Assembly: GCA_043754515.1 (NCBI GenBank)
Contig: JAYUUO010000063.1
Span: 1 to 15,985 of the forward strand
Length of the DNA: 15,985 nucleotides
Direction: 5' to 3'
DNA from: Armatimonadota bacterium
GTDB lineage: Bacteria > Armatimonadota > Armatimonadia > Armatimonadales > Armatimonadaceae
Made by a program: the position numbers and the translations under genes
The notes under the pieces: model-generated
Database searches by the model: none
Told to the model about the DNA's origin: nothing
The model's input: only the letters and a program-made list of their open reading frames with translations
In this document: piece after piece, positions 7,632 to 15,985 of the stretch
How the letters are laid out: the number at the start of each line of letters is the position of its first letter
Numbering within the stretch: the stretch's first letter is position 1

Positions 7632-7747
7632 TCGGGTAGTACCGCCGCAAATCAAGGTCATGTCTCTCGCGTTTCGACGCATGGTATCGCAAATTAGGTT
7701 CCTACCGCCTTCGGGCGGCGGTTCGGTTCGGGAAAGGTAAGGTCAAC

Positions 7748-8863
7748 GTGTCCGCACTCGCTTCGCTATTTGGCAAAGAAATTCTGGTCGGTCTCGACAT
7801 AGGCTCGTCCGCCTTGAAGGCGATACAGGTCGAGCCCACTCGGGACGGGTTCCGCGTCGTGCGCGCCGCGCAACAGAAGACCCCGCCCGGCGCGATCCGC
7901 GACGGCGTGGTTCACGACCGCGAAGCCGTGTCCGGCGCGATCCGGCAAATGCTAAAGGTCGCCAACATCACCGCGAACTCCGCCGTGATCGCGGTTTCAG
8001 GACCGACCGTGTTTGTGCGCCAGATCCAGTTGCCAAAGATGACGGATGCCGCCTTAAAGCGGAGCATCCCCTATGAAGCGGGGCGCTTCATCTCCTCCAG
8101 CGTGGAAGACTCGTCCATCGCGTATGAGGTGCTGGGTGCCTCGGATGAGGACCCGAATATACTCGACGTGATGCTGGTCGCCGCGCCACGCGAGATGGTC
8201 GAGTCGCGCATCAATGTGGTGGAACGCGCGGGGCTGGACGTCGTTTCGGCGGATCTCGAATCTTTTTCGCTGATACGGTCTCTGATAGATACACAGCACG
8301 CCCGGTACAACGACGGCAACCTGCGGGCAATCGTGGATATCGGGGCGGGCCACACGGAGGTCACTATCCTGCTCGGGACGCGGTTCCAACTCACACGTGC
8401 CGTCTCGATAGCGGGCGACACGTTCACCGACGCGTTGAAAAACCAGTTGCGGGTGGATACCGCCGAAGCGGAGTCGCGCAAGGCGGAACTCGACCTGAAT
8501 GTCCTGATCAGCGGGAGTGACAACCCTCACGATTATGAGGCACCGCGCGCGGTGCAGAACGTGATTGACGAACTGCTACGGGAGGTACGCCGCTCGATCG
8601 TATTTTATCAGTCGCAACTGCCCGAGGGCACGCCGCAACAGAACATCAGCGAGATGATACTGGCCGGTGGATCCTCCCAGATGATGGGACTCGCGTCCTA
8701 TGTGACCGCGCGCCTCGGGTTCGAGGCGCGCGTCGGCGACCCGTTCGAGAACCCGGGCATTGAGGCGGCACCGGAGGCGATGCAGTGGCTTCGCTCACAG
8801 GCACCCCGGTTGGGTTGTGCCCTGGGTCTCGCGGCGAAGGATTTTATGGCGGGGGTTAAGTGA
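7748..8863 (+). CDS. pilM: Type IV pilus assembly protein PilM (FtsA/actin-like)
   Basis: VGLDIGSSALK, AVSGPTVFVR, VMLVAAPRE, IVDIGAGHT and ILAGGSS motifs, C-terminal ALGLA. GTG start with GGAAAGG RBS. First gene of an MNOPQ-like cluster. Confidence 0.93.
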   Translation: MSALASLFGKEILVGLDIGSSALKAIQVEPTRDGFRVVRAAQQKTPPGAIRDGVVHDREAVSGAIRQMLKVANITANSAVIAVSGPTVFVRQIQLPKMTDAALKRSIPYEAGRFISSSVEDSSIAYEVLGASDEDPNILDVMLVAAPREMVESRINVVERAGLDVVSADLESFSLIRSLIDTQHARYNDGNLRAIVDIGAGHTEVTILLGTRFQLTRAVSIAGDTFTDALKNQLRVDTAEAESRKAELDLNVLISGSDNPHDYEAPRAVQNVIDELLREVRRSIVFYQSQLPEGTPQQNISEMILAGGSSQMMGLASYVTARLGFEARVGDPFENPGIEAAPEAMQWLRSQAPRLGCALGLAAKDFMAGVK

Positions 8864-8976
8864 ACGACCTTTACCATGCCTCGCCAAAAAATGCGAATCT
8901 GACCATGCTTCCATGCGGTCAGACAGCGTACATCAGATGGTGCTTGAAAAGCATCCACGAATATTAGTAGAAACTC

Positions 8977-9657
8977 ATGCCAAACATTAACCTGGTCGCC
9001 GTCCGGCGCGACGAAAAGCGACAAATCACTACGCTGTCCCGGCAACTATTCATGGGGCTGGTCGCGTCCGGGCTGATCCTGGTAGTCACCTTTCTAGGGA
9101 TGGAAGGGTTGAAACTGGAGAAGCGGAACGAACTCGCCGCCCTCGACAAAAAAATGGACCTGCTCAAACCGAAACTCGCGCAGATCGAGCAACGGAGGAG
9201 AGACATCGCGGAACTCAAACCGCGCGTAGATACCCTGGATAATGCCCGCCTCTCGACGCTCCGCTGGCGCGCCTTCATGAGCGTTCTGTCCGACGCCACG
9301 TTGGCAAACGTATTCTTTACGGAGATGAGCACGGCGGGCAATCCGGCGACGCCCACGGTGTCGCTAAAAGGCGTGGCACCTACCAACACGATTGTGGGCG
9401 AGGTGCAACAGCGGCTTACAAAAACCAACATGTTCGACGATGTCGCGGTGCCTTCCACTACGAATAGTTCCGCGCCGGAGGATCCGGTTCAGAAAGTCAC
9501 TTTCAGCATGAACTTGTATCTCCGCCCGGTGGTCCTCGCCGATACCCCGGAGACGGCCCCGTCGCCCGTTGCCAGCCCCGCGAGCGGGATCGGTCCGGCA
9601 CCAGGCACCACTCCGGTTCCCAGCGCGATCCCGGCGGTCGGCGCGGCGAAGCCTTAA
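8977..9657 (+). CDS. pilN: Type IV pilus assembly protein PilN
   Basis: N-terminal INL motif (MPNINLV), single TM helix, coiled coil, and a VSLKGVA ferredoxin-like domain. Lies after pilM. Confidence 0.85.
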   Translation: MPNINLVAVRRDEKRQITTLSRQLFMGLVASGLILVVTFLGMEGLKLEKRNELAALDKKMDLLKPKLAQIEQRRRDIAELKPRVDTLDNARLSTLRWRAFMSVLSDATLANVFFTEMSTAGNPATPTVSLKGVAPTNTIVGEVQQRLTKTNMFDDVAVPSTTNSSAPEDPVQKVTFSMNLYLRPVVLADTPETAPSPVASPASGIGPAPGTTPVPSAIPAVGAAKP

Positions 9658-9674
9658 AGAAAGCAGATGACATC

Positions 9675-10421
9675 ATGGCAATGAAACCAACCGCGCCCAG
9701 TCCGGCGACGCCCGCCGTGGTCAGCCCGACTACGGGGTTCTCTCTCAAGCCGAGCAAGCAAACCGCGACCATACTCGGTGTCCTGATCGGCCTCTGCCTC
9801 CTCGCCGCGGCCAGCTACGGGGTGGTGCAACAGGGCGGAGTCACTAAGCTTGACGCTGATATTCGCACCAAGCAACAACAGGTAGACGACAGTCAGCTAG
9901 TTGCCAACCATTTGATCGCCGTCGAGTCTGACTACCAGAAGACCCGGAGCCGGATCAGGAGTCTGGAGACGCAGGTAAGCGAGTCAGATTATGTGCCCAC
10001 CCTTTTGAAGCAGATAGAGCACCTGGCCCAGGAGAACGGGATGCGGGTGGATGGGGAAGATCAGTCGTCCGTGCCTGCCCCGGAGCCGCCAACTGACCCC
10101 GAAGCCCGGAAAAAATTCGTCGTACAGCCCTACGACAAGGAAATGATCGTGCTCCGGGTGCAGGGACGGTACTGGAATATAGCGCAGTTCCTGTACCGGC
10201 TTGGTGAATTCCCCAAGATACTGTCGGTCGAGAGCCTCAGCCTCCGTCCGCAGAAGGCGGATCCGGACAAGTCGCCGCTACTCAGCGTTACCATCAACAT
10301 GACCGGCTATCTCTTCAAGCCGACCTCGAGCGTCCCCGCGCCCGATCCCAACCCCACGCTGGGAGTCCCTATGCCAGGACTGCCGCCGCCCCCCGCCATG
10401 CCAAAGCCGCGCGAAATATAG
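9675..10421 (+). CDS. pilO: Type IV pilus assembly protein PilO
   Basis: TM helix, coiled coil, VPTLLKQIEHLAQENG and LRVQGRYWNIAQFLYRLGEFPKILSVESLSL, which are PilO-type motifs. Confidence 0.88.
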   Translation: MAMKPTAPSPATPAVVSPTTGFSLKPSKQTATILGVLIGLCLLAAASYGVVQQGGVTKLDADIRTKQQQVDDSQLVANHLIAVESDYQKTRSRIRSLETQVSESDYVPTLLKQIEHLAQENGMRVDGEDQSSVPAPEPPTDPEARKKFVVQPYDKEMIVLRVQGRYWNIAQFLYRLGEFPKILSVESLSLRPQKADPDKSPLLSVTINMTGYLFKPTSSVPAPDPNPTLGVPMPGLPPPPAMPKPREI

Positions 10422-10454
10422 TTTCGCCGTGCTTTTAAGGAAACGCAAGAACAT

Positions 10455-11336
10455 ATGAAACAGGGAAACACAAAAGAGACGCCCAAGTGGGCACTACCCG
10501 CGTTGTTCGTCGGGTTGGTGTTGGTGTTCGGGTATATCGCCAAAACGACCATGGATTCTTTGAATCCCGCGCGGCCCGTCGGCGGCACCGGGGTCCCGGG
10601 CGGGGTCGTCAAAACACCCCAAGTCGCCGGGGTCGGCGCGGGCAGTCCCGCGCCCGGTGCGTCCCCAACCACCGTGCCCCCCGGCCATTATGTGGTCGGC
10701 GGCAGGAATATAATGGCGAAGGGGAAAGATCCCTTCACCGTCGTGCCGGACAGCCGTCTGGCGGGGGTTGGCTTACATCCGTTTCCAGCACCAGTTCCAT
10801 TAACGCGCCCTGCCGCGCGATCTACGGGTGTTGGATCCCTCGGGAACACCACATTCGAGCGACTTCGGAATGGGATAGAGACTCGAAAGGGACAAAATCG
10901 AGACATTGACGAGATGTACCGTGACATGCAGGGTGGGGGCGGCGCGTCCGCTAACCCCGGACCATCCTTGAAGATTCTGCCCCCGCCCCCGCCGCCATAC
11001 ACGGTCGCCGGGGTGCTGATCGGCGAGGCTGGCGCGCGCGACGTGGCGATCCTGAAGCGTGATGGCGGGACGGATCGGAAGTTCGTCGTCGTCGGCGATC
11101 CACTCGAAGGCGGCTTCACGGTGACCGCGATCGAGTCCGGCGGGGTCCGCGTCAAACATCCGGGTAGCCGGACGGAGGCACAAGTCATGGTCCCTGGTCC
11201 GGCCGATCCCGCCACGGGCGTTTCGCGGAACGTCCTCCGGAAACAGACTAACTTCGTGCCGGAGACGGTGGTGATGCTCCCGCTGGGGGTGGCACCGGGC
11301 GGGCGACCTCAGTCGGGCCAACCTCGCGCGCGCTGA
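10455..11336 (+). CDS. PilP/GspC-like pilus alignment protein (TM-anchored)
   Basis: N-terminal TM without a lipobox Cys, KDPF motif, Pro/Gly-rich linker, and a C-terminal VAGVLIG...VAIL.....FVVVGD.LEGGFTVTAIESGGVRV HR-like beta domain. Located between pilO and the secretin. Confidence 0.65.
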   Translation: MKQGNTKETPKWALPALFVGLVLVFGYIAKTTMDSLNPARPVGGTGVPGGVVKTPQVAGVGAGSPAPGASPTTVPPGHYVVGGRNIMAKGKDPFTVVPDSRLAGVGLHPFPAPVPLTRPAARSTGVGSLGNTTFERLRNGIETRKGQNRDIDEMYRDMQGGGGASANPGPSLKILPPPPPPYTVAGVLIGEAGARDVAILKRDGGTDRKFVVVGDPLEGGFTVTAIESGGVRVKHPGSRTEAQVMVPGPADPATGVSRNVLRKQTNFVPETVVMLPLGVAPGGRPQSGQPRAR

Positions 11337-11458
11337 TGATCGGGGTCGCGGCGGGAAAATAGATCTCGGCGGAACGCGCGTCCGCGGGGCGTGGATCGCC
11401 CGCAAAGCCGAGGTATATATATGGTGCGATATAAACGTGCGATAAAGACGAGTAAACA

Positions 11459-13996
11459 ATGAAAAAAGTTCTATGGCATGCGCTGACCCTCTCTTTGGTG
11501 GGTCTTGTTTCTTGCGGCGAAATCGCCGTGTTCGTTGGCTCCGCCCACGCGGGTGGGGGTGCCTCGCCGGTTTCCGGTAGCCGCTCCGTTTTCGTGAGTG
11601 GCACTGCAATGCCGGTCGGGCGGAGAGGCACCAGCGGTTCGGGTGCCCTGAAGAGGCGGTGGAGTAGAGCGCGGCGCGCACCCCACAGTCAATGGCACCC
11701 GCTCGCTCGGACGGTAAAACCGCGCGGCGCGGCGGTCACTCATATCGCCTCCGGCAACGTGATAACAGGGATCGCGGTGGTGCCCGACGAATCCACGGTG
11801 CGACTCGTGATCGAAGGGTCGCGCGATTTTACCCCGGTAGTGACGTGTGTCAGCAACGGCGGCATAACGAGTACCGTAGTACATGTTCCCGGTGTTTTAA
11901 GCGACGAGGCTGGGGTAGGCTCGGTTGCAGTACACAAGAATGGCGTATACACCCTCCGTTATGCGAATCAGCCGATGGATCAGGTGCGGTTCGTAGCGAG
12001 CACGCAGTCCGAACTGGTGGCTACGGCGATCCCAGGTGCCGACCGTAAACACTGGGAGATCGTGCTACGACGTCCGGCCGTCGAGCGGTATCAGGTGGCG
12101 ATGGATACCACCGGTGGTAAAGGGGTGCCGGTGCTCTCTGCTCGCAAAGCAACCCCCGTGGTGTTCAAGCCCGCTGTTGCTTCTCGCCACTCGAAGCCCA
12201 CCTCGGGATCGGCGGTGCGTGCCGAAGGTTCTGTCAAACCGGTTACTATTACGTTCCCTGGCGTCGTCCCGAAACTGGCGTCGGGATCCGCCCCCGGTCG
12301 CTCCGCGAAGCCAGTGCCGATGTTCATCCCTTCCCGCGCCGCCGCGCCCATCATAGCCGGTAACAGTGCCCGCATGAGGGGTAGCCTGCCACCCGCGTTG
12401 GTAGGACAGCCGCAGGCGGCTACGCCGGGGACGGGGGAGGATAAGCGTGTTTCGCTCGACGTGGTAGCCGCAGATATAAACGATGTGATTAAGGCCCTCG
12501 CCCTGCAATCGGGCATCAACGTGGTGACATCTACCGAGGTCAAAGGTAGCATCACCGTCTCGCTCAAGCGCGTGCCGATGATCGAGGCGTTAGACACCAT
12601 CACCCGCCTTTCCGGCTACCAGTATGCCCGCCTTAACAGCGGCTATATCGTCGGCTCCCCGGCGTCCGTCGCCGCGCTAACGGCGGTCGCCCGCGAAGCC
12701 CCGATGGTCACGGAGTATGTGCGTTACCGGTATGTGTCCTCCGCTGATTTGTACAACACTCTGCGCTCCCGGTTCCCCGGTCTACAACTTCCGGCAACCG
12801 GGGCGAACGACGGCAACCCAGCTTTGTCGAAACTGTTGGTGCTTACCGACACCAAAGAGCGGATTGATAAAGTGCGCGTCTTCGTGGATGAGCTAGACCG
12901 TCAAGCTGCCGACCAGATAGACACGCAGGTCACCGAGCTGTACAAGATCAAGGCCGCGAACGCGCAGGATCTGATCCGGCTCGTGCAACAACTCGCCCCC
13001 TCCGTCGTCATCCAGGTCGGCCCCGCGCAGTCATTCCAGGCGAGCGGGTCCGGCCAGTCGGCTTCGTTCTCTTCGGGGGCGGCTTACGGCCCGGTCGCGA
13101 ACTCGGCGGGGGCGGGGGCCACGGGCGTGAGTAGCGGCGGCGGGGCGACGGGCGGTCCGGGGAACACACAGAACGGTGCCGGGATTAACTCGCCGACGAC
13201 GCTCGTGCTTACGGGCACGGTCGCTAGCATAGCCAAGGCGCGGCAGATTCTTGAGCGCATTGATGTACGGACGCCGCAGATCGCCTACGAGGCGCGGGTC
13301 GTGGACGTGAACCGCCAGGATGCCCAGCAACTGGGACTGTCCTATGATTTCAGCCGCCCCGTGAATGTCGGCGAGCGGAACGAGACCGGGCAGGGGACGC
13401 TGGGAGTCCCTTCCGGCGCGCTCCCGGCCAGTAACCCTAACTTCGGCGCGATTCTACGCTCGCCCTACACGGTCGGCGTGATCCTGGATGCCCTGGCGAC
13501 GCAGAACCGTGCGCGGACGCTGGCAAGCCCGAACCTTTCGGCTATAGACGGGCAGCCCGCCACCGTGTTCATCGGCGACCAATTGAAGTATGTGATCTCC
13601 GTCCAACAGACCCCGCAAGGCCCGACCATCCAAACAGAAACCGCTACCGTCGGAATCACGCTCAAGGTGACCGGAAAGTCCAGCCCGGATGGATATATAA
13701 CGCTCTACATCCACCCGGAGGTGTCCTCAATCACGTCGTTCGCGAACCTCGGGAACGGCATCCAACTCCCACAGATCTCTACCCGATTCGTGGACACCAC
13801 GGTGCGGGTCAAATCGGGGGAGACAATAGCCATCGGCGGATTGATACGCGAGCAGGATATTAACAACCTACAGAAGGTGCCGATTATAGGGGACCTGCCC
13901 TTCTTCGGAAAACTGTTCCGGCGCACCAACAAATCGAAGAGTAGATCGGAAATCGTGATTTTCGTGACCGCGAAGACTACCGAAGACGGGGGATAA
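11459..13996 (+). CDS. pilQ: Secretin PilQ (type II/III secretion/type IV pilus secretin family)
   Basis: Signal peptide, AMIN-like region, and an STN/N0 domain (RVSLDVVAADINDVIKALA...VKGSITVSL). N domains follow, then the secretin C-domain (LASPNL..IDGQPATVFIGD, VGITLKVT, R..DTTVRVKSGETIAIGGLI, KVPIIGDLPFFGKLFR). Confidence 0.9.
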   Translation: MKKVLWHALTLSLVGLVSCGEIAVFVGSAHAGGGASPVSGSRSVFVSGTAMPVGRRGTSGSGALKRRWSRARRAPHSQWHPLARTVKPRGAAVTHIASGNVITGIAVVPDESTVRLVIEGSRDFTPVVTCVSNGGITSTVVHVPGVLSDEAGVGSVAVHKNGVYTLRYANQPMDQVRFVASTQSELVATAIPGADRKHWEIVLRRPAVERYQVAMDTTGGKGVPVLSARKATPVVFKPAVASRHSKPTSGSAVRAEGSVKPVTITFPGVVPKLASGSAPGRSAKPVPMFIPSRAAAPIIAGNSARMRGSLPPALVGQPQAATPGTGEDKRVSLDVVAADINDVIKALALQSGINVVTSTEVKGSITVSLKRVPMIEALDTITRLSGYQYARLNSGYIVGSPASVAALTAVAREAPMVTEYVRYRYVSSADLYNTLRSRFPGLQLPATGANDGNPALSKLLVLTDTKERIDKVRVFVDELDRQAADQIDTQVTELYKIKAANAQDLIRLVQQLAPSVVIQVGPAQSFQASGSGQSASFSSGAAYGPVANSAGAGATGVSSGGGATGGPGNTQNGAGINSPTTLVLTGTVASIAKARQILERIDVRTPQIAYEARVVDVNRQDAQQLGLSYDFSRPVNVGERNETGQGTLGVPSGALPASNPNFGAILRSPYTVGVILDALATQNRARTLASPNLSAIDGQPATVFIGDQLKYVISVQQTPQGPTIQTETATVGITLKVTGKSSPDGYITLYIHPEVSSITSFANLGNGIQLPQISTRFVDTTVRVKSGETIAIGGLIREQDINNLQKVPIIGDLPFFGKLFRRTNKSKSRSEIVIFVTAKTTEDGG

Positions 13997-14011
13997 GGAT
14001 ACGCCGGGGAT

Positions 14012-14069
14012 GGCGGGAGGCGGGAGGCGGATTCGGCGCGAAGACGCTCCCCGCCGCCCGCCTTTTTTT
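14012..14069 (+). terminator. Rho-independent terminator after pilQ
   Basis: GGCGGG-A-GGCGGG (14012-14024) pairs with CCCGCC-G-CCCGCC (14050-14062), immediately followed by T7 (14063-14069). Confidence 0.75.
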
Positions 14070-14128
14070 AGGGGCCTCGATATGTGATTGGGAGGATGGG
14101 GGCCCGGCCCGCTTATGCCATCAGTCCG

Positions 14129-14142
14129 CGAACATTTGTTCG
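14129..14142. promoter_or_regulatory. Putative LexA (SOS/Cheo) box
   Basis: CGAAC-ATTT-GTTCG, a perfect palindrome matching the GAAC-N4-GTTC LexA motif of Firmicutes, Actinobacteria and Chloroflexi. Intergenic, upstream of pilB. Confidence 0.55.
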
Positions 14143-14158
14143 AAACGTCCGGGCGTTG

Positions 14159-14174
14159 TGGCACACTTCTGGCT
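14159..14174 (+). promoter_or_regulatory. Putative sigma54 (-24/-12) promoter of pilB
   Basis: TGGCACACTTCTGGCT: TGGCAC with GG (14160-14161), N10, GC (14172-14173), the canonical spacing. About 80-95 bp upstream of the pilB start. Confidence 0.45.
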
Positions 14175-14251
14175 AAGGGAACGATAGGACAGTAGATGAA
14201 GTCCTTAATGAGCGGGCGCGGCAACCGCGACATGATGAACGAAAGAAAAGG

Positions 14252-15979
14252 GTGGTTGAAAAGGCGATGCAAAGTGAGCGCATGGGCGAACTCTTCGTGC
14301 GAAATGGGCTGATCTCATCCGATCAGCTTTATAACGCGCTGGAAAAGCAGAAACAACTCGGGGGTAATAAGCACCTGGGCGAGATGCTCGTCTCCATGGG
14401 GCTTGTGTCCGAGCGTGACCGCGTGCGCATTCTGGGCGAGCACTGGGGCGTGCCTTATATAGATTTAACCGTGGAGACTATCGAGCCTCGGGTCGCTATG
14501 CTTATCTCGCAGGATCTCGCGCGGAGATATAAAGTCATCCCGGTCGAGATAGAGGGGAACCGCCTCAAGCTGGCGATGAAAACCCCACTTGACATCTTCG
14601 CTACCGACGAGATCCGGGTGATCACGGGCAAAGAAGTGATCCCGATGATCGCGACCGAGGACGACATCCTGTTCGCCATCGGAGAGGCTTTCAAAGGTGG
14701 TGGTACCGAAGTTGACAGCGTCCTCAAGGAGTTCCAGGACGACATCACGGTAGACACGCACCGCACGGATGAAGACACGCCTATTGACCAGTTGAAGGAG
14801 ATTGCGGCGGAAGCACCCGTCGTAAAGCTCGCCAACATGATCATCCAGCGGGCGGTGTCCGAGAAATGCTCCGATATTCATATCGAGCCGAGTCGCGAAC
14901 ACGTCAAAGTGCGCTACCGGATTGACGGGATTCTGCTCGACGGGCTGATCGTCCCCAAGAACGCACAGATGTCTCTGACGTCGCGTATCAAGATCATGGC
15001 GGACATGGACATCGCCGAGAAACGCGCCCCACAGGACGGTCGCATCTCGGCTATCGTTGATAACAAGCCGTACGACTTCCGCGTCTCTACCCTGCCCGCC
15101 GTTTTCGGCGAGAAGATCGTGATGCGCGTGCTCGACAAATCTAACATCAACGTCGGGTTGCATAAACTCGGGCTACTACAACACACATTCGACATGTTCG
15201 AGAGTATGCTGATGCGCACATACGGCATCATCCTTGTGACCGGTCCAACCGGCTCCGGGAAGTCCACGACGCTCTACTCGTGCCTGTCGAAGGTGAACGC
15301 CGGTGATAAGAACATCCTGACCATTGAGGATCCGGTCGAGTACGAACTCGCGGGGATCACGCAGGTCGGCGTCAATAAGAAGGCGGGAATGACGTTCGCC
15401 AACGGCCTGCGTTCGATGCTACGGCAAGATCCGGACATCATCATGGTCGGCGAAATGCGCGACCAGGAAACCGCGATGATCGCCATCGAGGCGGCACTGA
15501 CGGGGCACCTCGTCTTCTCCACGCTCCACACGAATGACGCCCCCGGCGCGATCGCCCGCCTCATGGACATGGGCGTGGAACCATTCCTGATCGCGTCCGC
15601 GACGGTAGGCATCCTCGCACAACGGCTTTTGCGCCGGGTCTGCGAGAAGTGCAAGACACCTTACGAGCCGCCCAAAGACGCCATAAAGCGGCTCGGCATG
15701 AACCTGGATGATATTGACCGCTCGAAGGTGACGTTTTACCGTGGGCGGGGTTGCGACGCGTGCAAAGGGACGGGTTACAAGGGGCGCGTCGGTTGCTACG
15801 AACTCATGCCGGTGACGGACAAGGTGCGCGAGTTAATTCTCGCCCATGCCTCCGCGTATGCGATCCGCGAGGCGGCGGTCGAGGCGGGCATGAAGTCCAT
15901 GAAGGAGGACGCGATGGAGAAGATTCTGCTCGGCATGACGACTCTCGAAGAGTCGCTCCGCGTGATCTACGCGGGGTAG
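14252..15979 (+). CDS. pilB: Type IV pilus extension ATPase PilB (GspE/PulE family) with N-terminal MshEN domain
   Basis: Walker A GPTGSGKSTT, Asp box TIEDPVE, Walker B LRQDPDIIMVGE, His box GHLVFSTLHTND, and a Zn site CEKC...CDAC. N-terminal RMGELFVRNGLISSDQLYNALEKQ. Alternative start ATG 14267. Confidence 0.93.
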   Translation: MVEKAMQSERMGELFVRNGLISSDQLYNALEKQKQLGGNKHLGEMLVSMGLVSERDRVRILGEHWGVPYIDLTVETIEPRVAMLISQDLARRYKVIPVEIEGNRLKLAMKTPLDIFATDEIRVITGKEVIPMIATEDDILFAIGEAFKGGGTEVDSVLKEFQDDITVDTHRTDEDTPIDQLKEIAAEAPVVKLANMIIQRAVSEKCSDIHIEPSREHVKVRYRIDGILLDGLIVPKNAQMSLTSRIKIMADMDIAEKRAPQDGRISAIVDNKPYDFRVSTLPAVFGEKIVMRVLDKSNINVGLHKLGLLQHTFDMFESMLMRTYGIILVTGPTGSGKSTTLYSCLSKVNAGDKNILTIEDPVEYELAGITQVGVNKKAGMTFANGLRSMLRQDPDIIMVGEMRDQETAMIAIEAALTGHLVFSTLHTNDAPGAIARLMDMGVEPFLIASATVGILAQRLLRRVCEKCKTPYEPPKDAIKRLGMNLDDIDRSKVTFYRGRGCDACKGTGYKGRVGCYELMPVTDKVRELILAHASAYAIREAAVEAGMKSMKEDAMEKILLGMTTLEESLRVIYAG

Positions 15980-15985
15980 GTGTAC

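Noticed and set aside
11360..11415. c-di-GMP-I riboswitch (CGCAAAGCC seen)
   Set aside because: It lacks the GGCAAA..GAAA P2 tetraloop arrangement and the downstream receptor stem.
7766..15654. Antisense ORFs over the pil genes (e.g. 10800-11681, 14465-15163)
   Set aside because: Shadow frames of well-supported pil CDSs.
7748..15979. Type II secretion system rather than type IV pilus
   Set aside because: A stand-alone PilM with a nucleotide-binding motif and MNOPQ order favours a type IVa pilus. Pilins, pilC and pilT lie outside the window, so this is not fully proven.
1..15985. CRISPR array, tRNA or rRNA
   Set aside because: No regularly spaced repeats, cloverleaf signatures or rRNA-like sequence were seen.

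Overview
Bacterial DNA in two blocks. The Rhs core style and the secretin-containing pil operon suggest Armatimonadota, but that is an inference. (1) About 1-4900 is a compositionally mosaic polymorphic-toxin 'orphan cassette' region. It holds a REP-like double hairpin, a small membrane-anchored protein, a 204-bp MITE with IS982-like ends, and a decayed Rhs core ending in DPSGL fused to an AHH (HNH/EndoVII) nuclease tip broken by an in-frame TAG. Three intact candidate immunity genes follow (unknown/DUF4303-like, ankyrin repeat, Imm11/DUF1629-like), with a likely second AHH remnant and a second truncated Rhs fragment. (2) About 4900-15985 is GC-rich core genome: a minus-strand 843-aa protein with a probable alpha/alpha-toroid domain, divergent from a type IV pilus cluster pilM-pilN-pilO-pilP-like-pilQ, then a terminator and pilB with an MshEN domain. 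The most notable non-coding signals are a perfect CGAAC-N4-GTTCG (Gram-positive-type LexA) box next to a sigma54-like motif upstream of pilB, and a sigma28-like promoter with a G8 tract in its spacer upstream of pilM. All family calls come from motif recognition by eye, not database searches.
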